Shown here: positions 11,926 to 24,957 of the stretch, in pieces
Layout of the letters: each line of letters opens with the position of its first letter
How positions within the stretch are numbered: position 1 is the stretch's first letter
Source: Octopus sinensis
Lineage: Eukaryota
Direction: 5' to 3'
Length of the DNA stretch: 64,000 nt
Assembly: GCF_006345805.1 (NCBI RefSeq)
Contig: NC_043012.1
Coordinates: 34,410,001-34,474,000, forward strand
Notes under the pieces: generated by a model
What the model was told of the DNA's origin: nothing
The model's database searches: none
What the model saw: only the letters and a program-made list of their open reading frames with translations
Made by a program: the position numbers and the translations under genes

Positions 11926-12338
11926 TAGATAAACTCGAGTTAAAATCCAGTTCGAAGTTTTGCACCTGTAATACTCCGAGTTGGTGATACTCAGCGATTA
12001 TAAATTTTTCAATATACTAAGATTACAAATGCGTATTCCTTTCCTGTTGATTTCTAGTTTTTTGAATAAGAAGGCAGTAAATTTTAAGGAAAAGCATAAA
12101 ATGCGTAATCATAATGAACTTGAATTAACTGAAAAAAAAAAAGAGCCCAAACTGTAGGTCTTAATCTTGGTTGTTTTCGCTACATTTCAAAGTATTTTTC
12201 TTATAATCTTTTAAACTGTTACAAAAGTAGTATATTTCAAGCGATGAGCAACGGGGATTTTCAGATGTTGGACCTGCCCAAAAACATTTATGTATTTATA
12301 ACACACACACACACACACCACACACACACACACACACA

Positions 12339-12552
12339 ATATGACCGCGTGTGTACCGTTGGCGATTTTTTCCTCCGTCTTCCCTTCCTTGGATCTTTCC
12401 TTTTCCTATGCTTCCGACGAAGAGCTCCGCTTGAAACGTTAAACCCTCCTTCTTCCCTTCCTTCCTGAGCGTCCAATAATACTATATTTGTTCCACGTCC
12501 TCGCGTTGTTGTGTTTTCTCTTTGTGTTTTCATGTTTGGATTAACTAAATAT
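12339..12552 (+). mobile_element. Short PLE-type non-autonomous repeat (family A) with a minimal HHR-like motif
   Basis: Homologous to 24359-24566 (-); CCGACGA-A-GAGC-TCC-GCTT-GAAACGTTA at 12414-12441; flanked by (CA)n and TA-rich sequence. Confidence 0.6.
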
Positions 12553-13459
12553 ATATCTTAACGACATAGCAACGTTGCGTGGTTAAGAAATTTCCTCTGT
12601 AACTACATGGCTTCGGGTTCACTCTTATTGTGAGAATCTTAGTAATATACCTTCTAACATAGCCTATAGTGCTTAGTCAATGATTTTCAAGGATTTTGGT
12701 GACCAGCATGTCGTGAATGAAATTTAGTAAAGTTCATTAGGGTGACTGTTCCTGATCTTGTGTAGAAAATTTAATCCTAGTCATTTGGTATCTCTAATAT
12801 TGTAGCTTGTTGGAAGAACTCGGTAGAGGTCTCCGGTCTGACGGTGATTTTCCTCTTCAGTGTAAATCGCCAAAATACAGACAATATGCAAATTCAAATA
12901 AGAATCGAAACTGAGGCGCGTCGCGTTGCCACTTTATTGTGGATTTTGTTTGTTTTACGACACTCGGTAAATACTTCAATTTTAATAATAGAGTGCCAAA
13001 AACTTGTCCATAAAATTCATTCTTTTTGACGAAAATCAAGCTTACCGTTTATAGTAGAAAATCAAATATCTTTTCTCCAAATATCTGCATGTGAAAGGAA
13101 TTTCATATACATGCAACACAATGAACGTATATATGGCAGGGATATTTTTGTTTTATATTTGGCTGTAGTTAATATAATTTGTCTGATACCACTGCTAAGA
13201 TTACAGTATTAACTTATCAATGTAGTTCTTATTTTTGATTCACTGAAAAAAAAAAAAAAAGAAATCAAAAAGACCCCACATCAATCAAATAATGTCTTTG
13301 ATAATATGTTTTACAATTACAGCCGAATATTCATTAATTTGGTCCCTGCTTGCGTATGCTTGGGTCTTTCATTATTTGACTCGTAAAACGATTACTTCTG
13401 GTATTTGTATATGCATGCGCGTATATATACACAAATGTGTTTGTACAAATTATATTTCT

Positions 13460-13526
13460 ACATACATATATATGTATATATGTAAAAACAAATACATTTT
13501 TGATAATATATACATATATATATATA

Positions 13527-13596
<70 letters not shown>

Positions 13597-13878
13597 CATA
13601 TTCATATATGCACAGATATACGTTTATAACATGAGTGCATATACTCGTTTATTGTTTTTGCATATGCATGTTTATACAGGTACGTATATGCTTGTATGTA
13701 TCCATATGTATGCATATATATATATATATGTAAATATGTATACATAAATAAATATATATATATAAATATATATATAAGTATATATATATAATACACACCA
13801 CACATAATATATAAACATAATGTACCAACTTGGAATAAAGTGACGTCTACACTTCTATTTTTTCCTTTCCTTATAATT

Positions 13879-13933
<55 letters not shown>

Positions 13934-14038
13934 ATATTATTATATATATTATATATGTATGTATTTATATATATATACACATATATATCTATATCTATCT
14001 ATCTATCTACGATCTATCTATCTATCTATCTATCTATC

Positions 14039-14079
<41 letters not shown>

Positions 14080-14295
14080 ATAGATATGCATATATTTATC
14101 TATTTATATATATGTATGTTATATATATGTATACATGTAAAATATATAATTTAAAAAAATAAATTTATTGTATTTTATAGTAGGTTTTTTAAATGCTTAT
14201 ATTATTTTATTGGATATAACTTTCTATGTGTATTCCATACAATAAGGTTATCCTGAAATAGGAATTGCGGTTCTATTGGTAAAATTCCAGATTTG

Positions 14296-14378
<83 letters not shown>

Positions 14379-14385
14379 ATATATA

Positions 14386-14434
<49 letters not shown>

Positions 14435-14507
14435 TACATATGTATATGTATTTATATATCTATTTATGTATATATGTATTTATGTATCTATATCTATCTA
14501 TCTATTT

Positions 14508-14550
<43 letters not shown>

Positions 14551-14551
14551 A
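13460..14551. repeat. TA-rich compound microsatellite field
   Basis: Directly visible (TA)n, (CTAT)n and (CT)n with short spacers. Confidence 0.9.
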
Positions 14552-15620
14552 GTAATACATTTCTGCTTCCACGCTGCAAAATAACTATGTTAATGAAAAA
14601 TAGTACATATAAACTAGATCGTCTTTTTTTATAATTGTATGCAATGTATCCGTCTTCAGACTCAATAACTGTTTCTATGCGAGGTCTGAATCGCCTCCAT
14701 GCCCGAATGAAATTATCCTGATTCATACCGGACACCGCCTTTACAATGGCGGCTTTCAAAATATCCTTGACGCTATGGTGATGTTGATTGACCTCTCTCT
14801 CAATGACACTCACACATAGTAGTCAAATGGATTGATATCTGGTGAGTCTGGCGGCCAAAGTTTAGGGAATATGTGGTCATGAAAACTGTCAGCCATCCAT
14901 TCTTGGGTTGCTTGAACCTTATGTGTTGGCACAGAGTCGTGTTGAAACATGTACGACCTTCCATTGCGTACTTTATCATTACTGACAACTCCAAAAGCCA
15001 TGACAGCTGCAGGAAATTTTGTGTGCACGACTGTTGGAACTTCAGAAGTTAATTTTTCTGTAAATCTTCTGGTCCTGGTTAATGATTTTCTGCGTTTTTA
15101 ACTGTTTCACTAGTTTTTTTTAGATCTAAACAAACAATAATATTTATATACTACATATATACCATGAGTTGATCTCTCCTCATCAAATAGGACTTGTTCA
15201 GATGTCTTCGTGGACGAAATTTCTGATTGTCTCTTCTGACACATGGAGATATTTTTGCAGTTTACTGCCTGTACTTTGAGGGATCCCCGTCAATAGTCTG
15301 AAGAACTTGTCGAAAAGATTTGGGTGTTCTGGTGGTATTGGTGAGTTTGAAATGCTTTTTACATCTCGATGAAGTGATACCTTAGCATTTACGGTTTCTA
15401 ACTCCTTGCAAACTTTGTAGACGAAAGATCTAAAGACTTTTAAAAACTGATCTAAATCGTAGTGCTGAGCCTTTCAGGCCACAATTACCACTGGTCTCCC
15501 CATTTCTTGAGTAAGCTGAGTGTCTGTCTTTATTCATTTCTGAAACACAAATGACATAAAAGTAATTAAAACAATAGTATATAACTCAAAATTATCATGT
15601 TCTATAGTAGTCTCCGCCCA
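14552..15620 (-). mobile_element. Nearly full-length decayed maT/DD37D-type transposon
   Basis: N-terminus TQLTQEM..VVIVA*KAQH..FLKVFRSFVYKVCKELET, HVSEETIRNFVHEDI; C-terminus HTKFPAAVMAFGVVS, FQHDSVPTHK, LWPPDSPDINPFDYYV, LKAAIVKA..RRFRPRIETVIESEDGYI. Bounded by (TA)n on both sides. Confidence 0.88.
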
Positions 15621-15628
15621 TATATATA

Positions 15629-15675
<47 letters not shown>

Positions 15676-15704
15676 AATATATATCTATATATATATACAT
15701 ATAC

Positions 15705-15746
<42 letters not shown>

Positions 15747-15836
15747 ATATACATATACATATATATTATATATATAGATTATATATATATATATATATAT
15801 ATATATACTTATATCCATATCATATATATATATATA

Positions 15837-15873
<37 letters not shown>

Positions 15874-15968
15874 TATGTGTATATATATATGTATATATGT
15901 ATATATATATAGGTATATATGTATCTATGTATTTCAATATATTACAAAGAACAGGAAGTTGTGCAATA

Positions 15969-16161
15969 AACTTCATTAGCTTACAGCTGTTTCTGCTATA
16001 GGGTGTAGTGCACTTAGAGCAGAGTGCTTGTGCATTACTTTATTTCTTCCACGGGGCATTATTTTTTAGTAAACTTCGAGGAAGCTATAAGGTTCTTCAC
16101 AAGCACTCAGCTTTAACTGCACTGCGTTTTATGGTAAAAACAGCTGCAAGCTAATGAAGTT
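15969..16161. repeat. 64-bp inverted repeat pair with a GAAAC-AGCT-GTA-AGC (HHR helix III-like) motif
   Basis: 15969-16032 versus 16098-16161, 52/64 identical by manual count. Confidence 0.8.
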
Positions 16162-16199
16162 CATGAACGTGTGTGTGTGTGTGGCACTATTCAGTTATA

Positions 16200-16820
16200 T
16201 TTCAAGATTTCTTACCAATAGAGCCGGTTTCTAAACTAGGTCCAAGGCGCCTTCATTGGAATTTCAACGGCATCAGCAGGGTGCATTGTATTATGTATAT
16301 GTGCAGATTTGTATGTTTTGTTTTATGTATTCTCACGAATATAGTTGCATGTGTAGACATGATCATATATACTTAAATGATAAACTTCTGGAAAGTTTTG
16401 TAGATTTTTATAGTTCCAGTGATAGCCTGGATCTGTAGTCTTCGACTCAGCTTTCTCCTTTCTGGTTTTGAGAAGCCTAATTTCTCCTGATTGGTATTTA
16501 GGCAGTGTGTTACATATCCCAGTGCCCCAATAATTACAGGTATAAACCTGAACTTGTAATCTGGAGAGTAACATCGGATTTCTCAAACGTTCAGCGTAGA
16601 TATTCTCAATGTTGCTGATCTTTAGCTGTATGTTAACATCTGCTGGGCAGCTGATTTCCACAACTGTACACAGTTTCTCTTCTCTATCCCAAATTATTGT
16701 CAGGTTTATTATGTTTATATGTGATTTAGGTTTTCACTGGAATATTCCACTTGTGCTCCTTTTTATTATGAGTGGATATGACTTCTACCATACTGTGGGT
16801 TATATATTTTCACCGTATCA
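16200..16820 (-). mobile_element. 3' end of an RLE-type (restriction-like endonuclease) non-LTR retrotransposon
   Basis: KHNKPD..LCTVVEISCPADVNIQLKIS, FRFIPVIIGALGYVTHCL, RRLQIQAITGTIKI match the PD..D/ExK RLE domain and C-terminus. Confidence 0.8.
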
Positions 16821-17172
16821 CTAACCGATTGTATTTGGAGAATGCGAATCAGTGTTTTGATTTTTTTTCTTTGAAAAACCACATCATTTTTAGGCGGTAA
16901 TGCAAATCTGATGTTACCTCAATTAATACCCGTATGATAATAGATACAAATAAGACATTAAAACCAGGACACAGGGACTGTAAGTTTCTCATTAGGAGTA
17001 TGTATTTGTGCATGTATGTAATGTCAGTGTGGGGTGGTGGTGTTTGCGTGAGGGGGTGATTGTATAGCTGTAATACGAATAAGCATATACAAAATGCATA
17101 ACTTGCTAACGTTATTTAGCTCCATCTCTCACTGGACTGAATGCACGTATATTTTAATGCCCTTCCATGACT

Positions 17173-17675
<503 letters not shown>

Positions 17676-17852
17676 TAATAGAACTATATGTTTGGAGCAT
17701 CCATTAGTCTTGCGAAACCATGTACCAACACTCAGAAAGTATTAATTTTTGTGTGTTGGAGGGACGGTGTTTCATAAGTAAGCTGAGCTCCAGACTGGAG
17801 TGACACCATTCAAAAACACTGTCACCCAGCCTTGTCTTCGTACTTTTAATTA

Positions 17853-17924
17853 TTGATATATTTATTTATTTATTTATTTATTCTTGTATTTATTTATTTA
17901 TTATTTATTTATTCATTCATTCTT

Positions 17925-17963
<39 letters not shown>

Positions 17964-18306
17964 TATATTTATTATTTATTTATTTATTTATTTATTCATT
18001 CTTTTATTTATTTATTTATATATTTATTTATATATTTATTTATTTATTTATTTATTTATTCATTCATTCTTTTATTTATTTATTTATTTATTTATTTATT
18101 CAATCTTTAATTTATTTATTTTTATTTATTCATTCTTTTATTATTATTTATTATTTATTTATTTATTCAATCTTTTTTATTTATTTATTTATATTATTTA
18201 TATTTATTTATTTATTTATTTATTTATTCATTCATTCTTTTATTTATTTATTTATTATTTATTTATTCAATCTTTTATTTATTTATTTATTTATTTATTC
18301 ATTCTT

Positions 18307-18337
<31 letters not shown>

Positions 18338-18487
18338 TTCAATCTTTTATTTATTTATTTATTTATTTATTCATTCTTTTATTTATTTATTTATTTATTT
18401 ATTTATTCATTCTTTTATTTATTTATTTATTCATTCTTTTATTCATTTATTTATTTATTCATTCATTTATTCATTCATTCATTCATT
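17853..18487. repeat. (ATTT)n/(ATTC)n microsatellite
   Basis: Directly visible; source of the YLFI ORFs. Confidence 0.95.
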
Positions 18488-18582
18488 AGTGCGTTCTCTT
18501 TCAGTAGCAAATCCCAGATCCTGTCCTCTTCTAAAACCTCTTATATTCCCAAACCTTCAACATTGGTCAAAAGTCATTGGTT

Positions 18583-18790
18583 TCAAATTTTGGCACAAAG
18601 GCAGCAAGTTCGGGTGAGTGGACAAATCGAATACACCGACTCCAGTGAGCAACTGGTACTTATTTTATCGATCCTGATAGGATGAAAGGCAAAGTCGACC
18701 GCAGGGGAACTTGAACTCACTACGTAAAGACGGACGAAATGCCGCAAAGTATTTTGCCCGGCTTCCAAACGTTTCTACCAGCCCACCGCC
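18583..18790 (-). mobile_element. Diverged SINE (9081-type family)
   Basis: GATGAAAGGCAAAGTCGACC domain, head GACGAAATGCCGCAAAGTATTTTGCCCGG. Confidence 0.8.
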
Positions 18791-18839
18791 ATATTCTAGC
18801 GAACGTTATTGACACGAAAATGGAAACACACTTGTCTTC

Positions 18840-19290
18840 TCTAACCGGATGTCAATTCCCTATACGGCCGGTGTTTTGCGATTCTCCCATTTAACATGCC
18901 GTTTACATAGCCCAGCCAGATGTTGTCGAAGGTTGAAGAGACTGAGTATTTTGGTGTGAGCCAGACAGGCACTTTAATGCCGGTGACTCGGTCCACTTGA
19001 TTTGTTGCAAGTGACTCAGTCTGCAAAGGTTGAAGGCTTTGATACCACGTTCCTATCTATATTAAGAACTCCAAATTTTGCTGTCGTGAAGTGATGTGCC
19101 GGAGATACAGGCTCTGCGGGTTGATATACAACATTAGCTTGCTTGCTGTCCTATAAGACTATTAGATAGTGTATTAGATAGAGGCTGTTCTTCCCAACTG
19201 TCTGTTGTTCACGGAGTTTAGGCAGAGACTAGTAATAATGGTGAAGCTAACATATACGAAATCATTGACCTCTTTCATCTCGCATTTATT
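18840..19290 (-). mobile_element. Fragment of an RTE-clade LINE (post-RT region)
   Basis: RACISGTSLHDSKIWSS*YR*ERGIKAFNLCRLSHLQQIKW and IWLGYVNGMLNGRIAKHRPYRELTSG resemble RTE RACVLSTLLYGSETW..RLNSFHLRCLRRILGIKW and RWLGHV.RM.DGRIPK..LYGEL. Confidence 0.78.
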
Positions 19291-19579
19291 GATAGTAATG
19301 TGCGCACTTGCGTACGTGTCTGTGTATGCTTCTCTGTGCATTTATGCATCTGTGCATGTGTTATAGAAATGCTACGTTTCTAAAGAATAACTTTCATGAC
19401 AGATATGAGTGTGTTATCTATTTCAGTGTTCATACTTTCATCGTACCAAAACCAGCATTGAAAATATACAGTGAAACTAATCAATTCATTCTTGCTGATT
19501 TGGTCTGTTAACCCAACCATACACGTTGACGAAATATGATACTTGTTCGCCTCGCAAACGCGCAGTTATGTGAATATGC

Positions 19580-19605
19580 ATACATACATAATACATATTA
19601 TATAT

Positions 19606-19638
<33 letters not shown>

Positions 19639-20135
19639 GCATACATACGTAATACACATATATACATTACACACATTTCTGAGTATATGTGTATATTTAT
19701 GTATATGTATATATACGTATATAAACATACAAATATGTGTATGTGTTTCCGTGTGTGTGTGTGTGTGTGTGTACACGCATTCGTCTGCGTGGGTATGTGT
19801 GTGTATGAGTCACAGACAGTAACTAATTCGATGATAATTTTTCAGTGACCCAACTCCACTAACATTCACGTTGCCATGAGTATTGACATAAATATGAACA
19901 TCACAGGGACATGAACATTATACTTGCATTTTCCTTATATTCTGTTATAAATATATATACATACATATATATAAGACATATAAACACACACATATATATA
20001 TATATATAGACATATATTTATACATATAAATATACATGCATATAGATATATACAAATACATATATATATATGTATATATATATACGTACAAAATATATGT
20101 ATATATATATATATATATATTATAGATATATATAT

Positions 20136-20201
<66 letters not shown>

Positions 20202-20422
20202 ATGTACGTGTGTGTGTGTATAAATATATATATATATATAAATACAACACACATAACTATATATGTATATATATATATTACACACACACAACACACACCA
20301 CACACACACCACACACACATATAACATATATATATATATATATATATACATACATATATATATGTACGTGTGTGTGTGTATAAATATATATATATATATA
20401 TAAATACACACACACACATAAC

Positions 20423-20454
<32 letters not shown>

Positions 20455-20575
20455 CATAACTATATATGTATATATATATATAGATATATATATATATATA
20501 TAGATAGATAGATAGATACACAGACACATCTATATATATATAAATATATAAATATATATATAATATATATATTAT
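19580..20575. repeat. TA/CA compound microsatellite field with an internal ~160-bp higher-order duplication
   Basis: The block ...GTACGTGTGTGTGTGTATAAATATAT...ACACACATAACTATATATG occurs at ~20200 and ~20365. Confidence 0.85.
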
Positions 20576-21109
20576 ATCAATAATAAAGTGATTGTTTCTA
20601 TCAGGAACAAACTGTTTAATAGGACTGCTATAGAAATGCTCAAGTAAATGAGACAAATACAAATATAGTAAACCAATATAAGGTCATCCACGTAACATAT
20701 CACATCTCGAACATTTAATCACATAATGCTTTGTCTTACGCATAGAATACAGATGCATAAAATCGCAGAAGATGAAACATAATTCATTGATACAAACATA
20801 TAAGAGAAATGCGTGAGTAGAGTCTATCGCGATTAAAAATTAATACTTTAGCGACTAAAAAATATATATTTTAACATTATAACATCTAGAATAATAAATA
20901 TATAAAAATATAAAGAAATATATAAATATATAAATATGTAAAAATATAAAAATACATATATATAGGAAATATGTAAATATATAATATATAAAGTAAGATA
21001 AAAGTTCATCGTTTAGAAATTTTTTCGATTAAAGATCACTTTTTAAGATAAGGGAAAACCCATTATGAAAAGCCAGTGTCCAAACAAAAAAGAAGAAACC
21101 ATATTTACA

Positions 21110-21190
21110 TTCACTATGGCCATTTCAGGGGTTCATTACCGTATTTAATGCACGAGGGTACATCACGATAATTACTCCTTCATCAGGGAA
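21110..21190 (-). ncRNA. Type I hammerhead ribozyme motif with a complete core; predicted cleavage after AUA, between 21115 and 21114
   Basis: Minus strand: TTCC-CTGATGA(21186-21180)-AGGAGT-A-ATTATCG-T-GATGTAC-CCTC-GTGCATT-AAATA-CGGTAAT-GA-ACCCCT-GAAA-T-GGCC-A-TA-GTGAA. Long stem II, palindromic helix III loop, helix I with one mismatch. Confidence 0.75.
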
Positions 21191-21303
21191 AAAAAAAAAA
21201 AAACACATCACATACCAGGGCGAGATTTCTTTAACCAAACATGTTTTGCTTTTTTAACGAACCTTTTTTGCTTGGACACTGGCTTTTCATAATGGGTTTT
21301 CCT

Positions 21304-21755
21304 TTCTCTTCCACTTTTCTTTATCTTGTTTTTTTTTGCTAGACGCCGTCAAAAAGCTATGGCTGATATTTTTTATGAGCGTCGTCACTTTTCATGAACG
21401 TCGTCTCTCTCTTTTCCTCTCCCTCTCTCACTTTGTCTTTCCCTTTTTTGTTTAGACGCTGTGAAATTCTGCTTCTCTTCCACTTCTCTTCCACTTTTCT
21501 TTATCTTTTTTTTTGTTTGTTAGACGCCGTCAAAAAGCTATGGCTGATATCTTTTATGGCTAAAAGCTATGGCTGAAAATAGATTTTTACCGCTATCCGC
21601 GGGTGCCTCGGGAAAAAAATAAGTTGACAAACCCAGATAGGGTGTTGACGAATGTCCTAAAATTTGAGCGACATGCGAGCTAATTTGTGGATGTGCATAA
21701 ACTACAATCACGTACACACATACACAAACACATACACACACATCTTGCCTTATAT
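21304..21755. mobile_element. Unclassified repeat-like segment with ~75-bp direct repeats
   Basis: 21304-21378 is repeated at 21484-21559. The distal end (AAATTTGAGC...CACACATCTTGCCTTATATATATA) resembles Helentron/DINE-like termini, which is a weak resemblance. Confidence 0.3.
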
Positions 21756-22489
21756 ATATATACAGATACTGGTATATTCACTACTTATAAAAAAATACTG
21801 CTTAGATTATAATTTTATTAATATATAATTAGCATGTTCCTTTACCTCAATACTCCTTTATTAATACCAGTATATACCAATTAATCAATATTCACAGATA
21901 CCATCTGATGAGTTAGTAGTATTTAAGTGTAAAATATGTATAAATTTCTTTTCGTCCCTCTATTGTGGAAAAAGTTTGGTATGTACTCAAAAGTATTCAT
22001 AAATTTCTATCCTTTTGTTATAATATTCTTCTAAATAATCCTCTGAATAACCCTAAACTTTAACTGTATACAATGTAGCAACATTGTTTAAAATATTTAA
22101 CAATAGTACTACATGATAAGACTTCTCCTGTTGCATTATCAATGGTCTGCTAGTGGGAGATCCCCTTAATTGTCAGCTAACATCTTGTTTTAAGTTTTAC
22201 TTTACCATACGTCATGATAAATCTTGATTTTTATGACTATATCAACTATGATGTCTGTCTGCTCCCTCAGCCTTACTCCTAACAGATACTGCCCTCGGTT
22301 CTCTCAGCCTTAGGTATACAAGGGTTTTGATAAACTAGTCTGTAAATCAAAACCGACCCCATAAACACAAAAAAATCAGTGACAAGCAGAGTCTGCAACA
22401 ATATATATTTTCTTGAAAAGCTTAGGGTTCTTCTGTGCTGGAGTAAGAACAGCATATTCTTTGTCTGTCTCATTAACTTCTTGGAGATT

Positions 22490-22756
22490 TTAGGTATAAT
22501 TATACTAATGTGTCCATCTGTTCTAATTTAATTAAATTCTATGTCTTTGTGCAGCTGAAGATTGCTCTGCATTTTAAATTGATGTAATGATTGCATTATT
22601 CAATTAAATGGAGTTGCATGAAACGATCGTACTGCATTACCTCTGGATATCCTTGTTGCTTATTTTAATTTTAATCACGTTACTTTGAAATTGTATTAAT
22701 AATGCCGTACTAAATTCTGGTGCCTCAACTTAAGTACCATAATCATCTGAATCTAA

Positions 22757-22760
<4 letters not shown>
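22490..22760 (+). mobile_element. Short HHR-bearing PLE-type element (family B)
   Basis: Homologous over ~270 bp to 30150-30440 (-), on both sides of the HHR. Confidence 0.7.
22549..22637 (+). ncRNA. Type I hammerhead ribozyme motif with a complete core; predicted cleavage after GUA at 22631
   Basis: GTGCAG-CTGAAGA(22555-22561)-TTGC...GCAT-GAAAC-GATC-GTA-CTGCAT. Helix I of 6 bp including one G-U, palindromic GATC loop, long stem II, U-U at 10.1/11.1. Confidence 0.8.
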
Positions 22761-22831
<71 letters not shown>

Positions 22832-23046
22832 GAAGAAAAATCGAGAACACGTACACAAAATGTGTTTGTTAGTTCGTACGTAGGGCGGCTGGGTTTTAGG
22901 CGTAAGAGAATATATTCTTAATACGCCTGGTGTTAAAAAGACCTGATGCTATCGATGTCCCTCGCTCCAGAAAGGGACCTGGTGTGCGTTGTCTCGCTTG
23001 CTTACTTTCAGGTGTTTTTAACACCAGGTGCATTGGGCATATATAC

Positions 23047-23277
23047 TTATTTCTTTACCACCAACAAGGGGCTAAACGCAGAGAGAACAAACAAGTACAG
23101 ACAAACGGATTAAGTCGATTATATCGACCCCAGTAACTGGTACTTATTTAATCGACCCCCAAAAGGATGAAAGGCAAAGTCGACCACGGCGGAATTTGAA
23201 CTCAGAACGTAACGGCAGACGAAATACCGCTATGCATTTCTCCCGGCGTGCTAACGTTTCTGCCAGCTCGCCGCCTT
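23047..23277 (-). mobile_element. Full-length monomeric SINE (9081-type family)
   Basis: Complete head AGGCGGCGAGCTGGCAGAAACGTTAGCACG through the tail GGTGGTAAAGAAATA. Confidence 0.92.
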
Positions 23278-23626
23278 TACGCTAGAAACGCAGCCGACTC
23301 ACGAACTACCAAAACACACGTTGAATATGTGTGTTTGATTTTTTGTACACACACACACACACACACACATAATTACAGAGAAACATAGTTTTTATAAAGT
23401 TCATCTGTAACATATTGAAGAGTTTTACAGATAAATGAGAAAGAATTTCTCGCTACAGCTTGCTCACAGACACAGATCAGATCATTGTCGTTTTCTTTGG
23501 CTTTACAGATCCTTTCACATTTACTTTGTCAGTAAAATTAGATCGTAATATTGCTGTGGGCTACAACATATATAAGCGGCAAATAAATTTGAGTTGGAAT
23601 AAAACTGAGTGTATCTCTACATTAGC

Positions 23627-23823
23627 ATGTATGTATGTATGTATGTATGTATGTATGTATGTATGTATGTATGTATGTATGTATGTATGTATGTATGTAT
23701 GTATGTATGTATGTATGTATGTATGTATGTATGTATGTATGTATGTATGTACGTATGTATGTATGTATGTATGTATGTATGTGTGTATGTATGTATGTAT
23801 GTATGTACGTATGTACGTATGTA
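23627..23823. repeat. (GTAT)n microsatellite
   Basis: Directly visible. Confidence 0.97.
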
Positions 23824-24321
23824 TGAAAATATATATGAATTAGTCTATATGTATCTCTCTCACCCTCTCTCCCAATATATATATGTACACACACACACAC
23901 ACACACACACCATATATATATACGTATGTATATATAATGGTATGAATGTGAAAATACATGGAATCTTCATACACACACACACACACACACACTCTCTCTC
24001 TCTCCCTCCCTCACATTCACACACACACATGTATATATGTATGTGTATGAATGAATATATCTATATAATACATATATAATTGCATATTTATTCCTACAAA
24101 CATATACGCATGCATACATTCATACACGACCCTCTAGTCCAGTTGAGGATTTGCAACTTTTACCACCCGGATCTCTCTACCATGTCATTTTGTATTGTTT
24201 ACAGATACGAGTATTTTCAGGTCACTGACAGACTGACAACATTGGATGGTTGGCAGCTATATATTCATTGACATTACGAAAAACTGATTAGCAGGTTATG
24301 GTTGAACCTGTACTGTTGGAT

Positions 24322-24358
<37 letters not shown>

Positions 24359-24364
<6 letters not shown>

Positions 24365-24566
24365 ATCCAAACATGAAAACACAACAACGCGAAGACGTGG
24401 AACAAATATAGTATTATTGGACGCTCAGGAAGGAAGGGAAGAAGGAGGGTTTAACGTTTCGAGCGGTGCTCTTCGTCGGAAACATAGGAGAAGAAAAGAT
24501 CCAGAGAGGGGAAGACAGAGGAAAAAAAATCGCCAACGGTACACACACGGTCACATTTTGAATGAC
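24359..24566 (-). mobile_element. Short PLE-type repeat (family A) with a minimal HHR-like motif
   Basis: Minus strand GTTT-CCGACGA-A-GAGC-ACC-GCTC-GAAAC-GTT-AAAC (core 24479-24473); homologous to 12339-12552. Confidence 0.6.
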
Positions 24567-24602
24567 ACACACACACACACATACACACACACACACACAC
24601 AC

Positions 24603-24636
<34 letters not shown>

Positions 24637-24957
24637 CACATAAATACACATACATATATTATACTACAAATTAAATGTAGGTCTAGTGATGCAAACATTA
24701 TCGGTCGCACATACATAGTGTACGTGCGACTGATAACGTATACATATACATACATGAAATATTTATCAAGGTTGTAAAGAAAAGCTTCATTTGTTTATAA
24801 TCCTTTAAATGATATGATGGTCTTGCATCAAATATCTTGATCATTTGTAGCGCATGAATTAATGAATTGCATTCTTCTTTCAAGAACCCAAGTTTAGCTA
24901 TACTTTGCTCCAGGTCAGGGAGTTGATACGAACGGAGGTACGCATGTATATACGTAT

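Noticed and set aside
21760-22500. Possible decayed PLE RT N-terminus on the minus strand next to the 22.5-kb HHR
   Set aside because: Only faint motif hints (DIVIK, KMLADN); too degraded to call.
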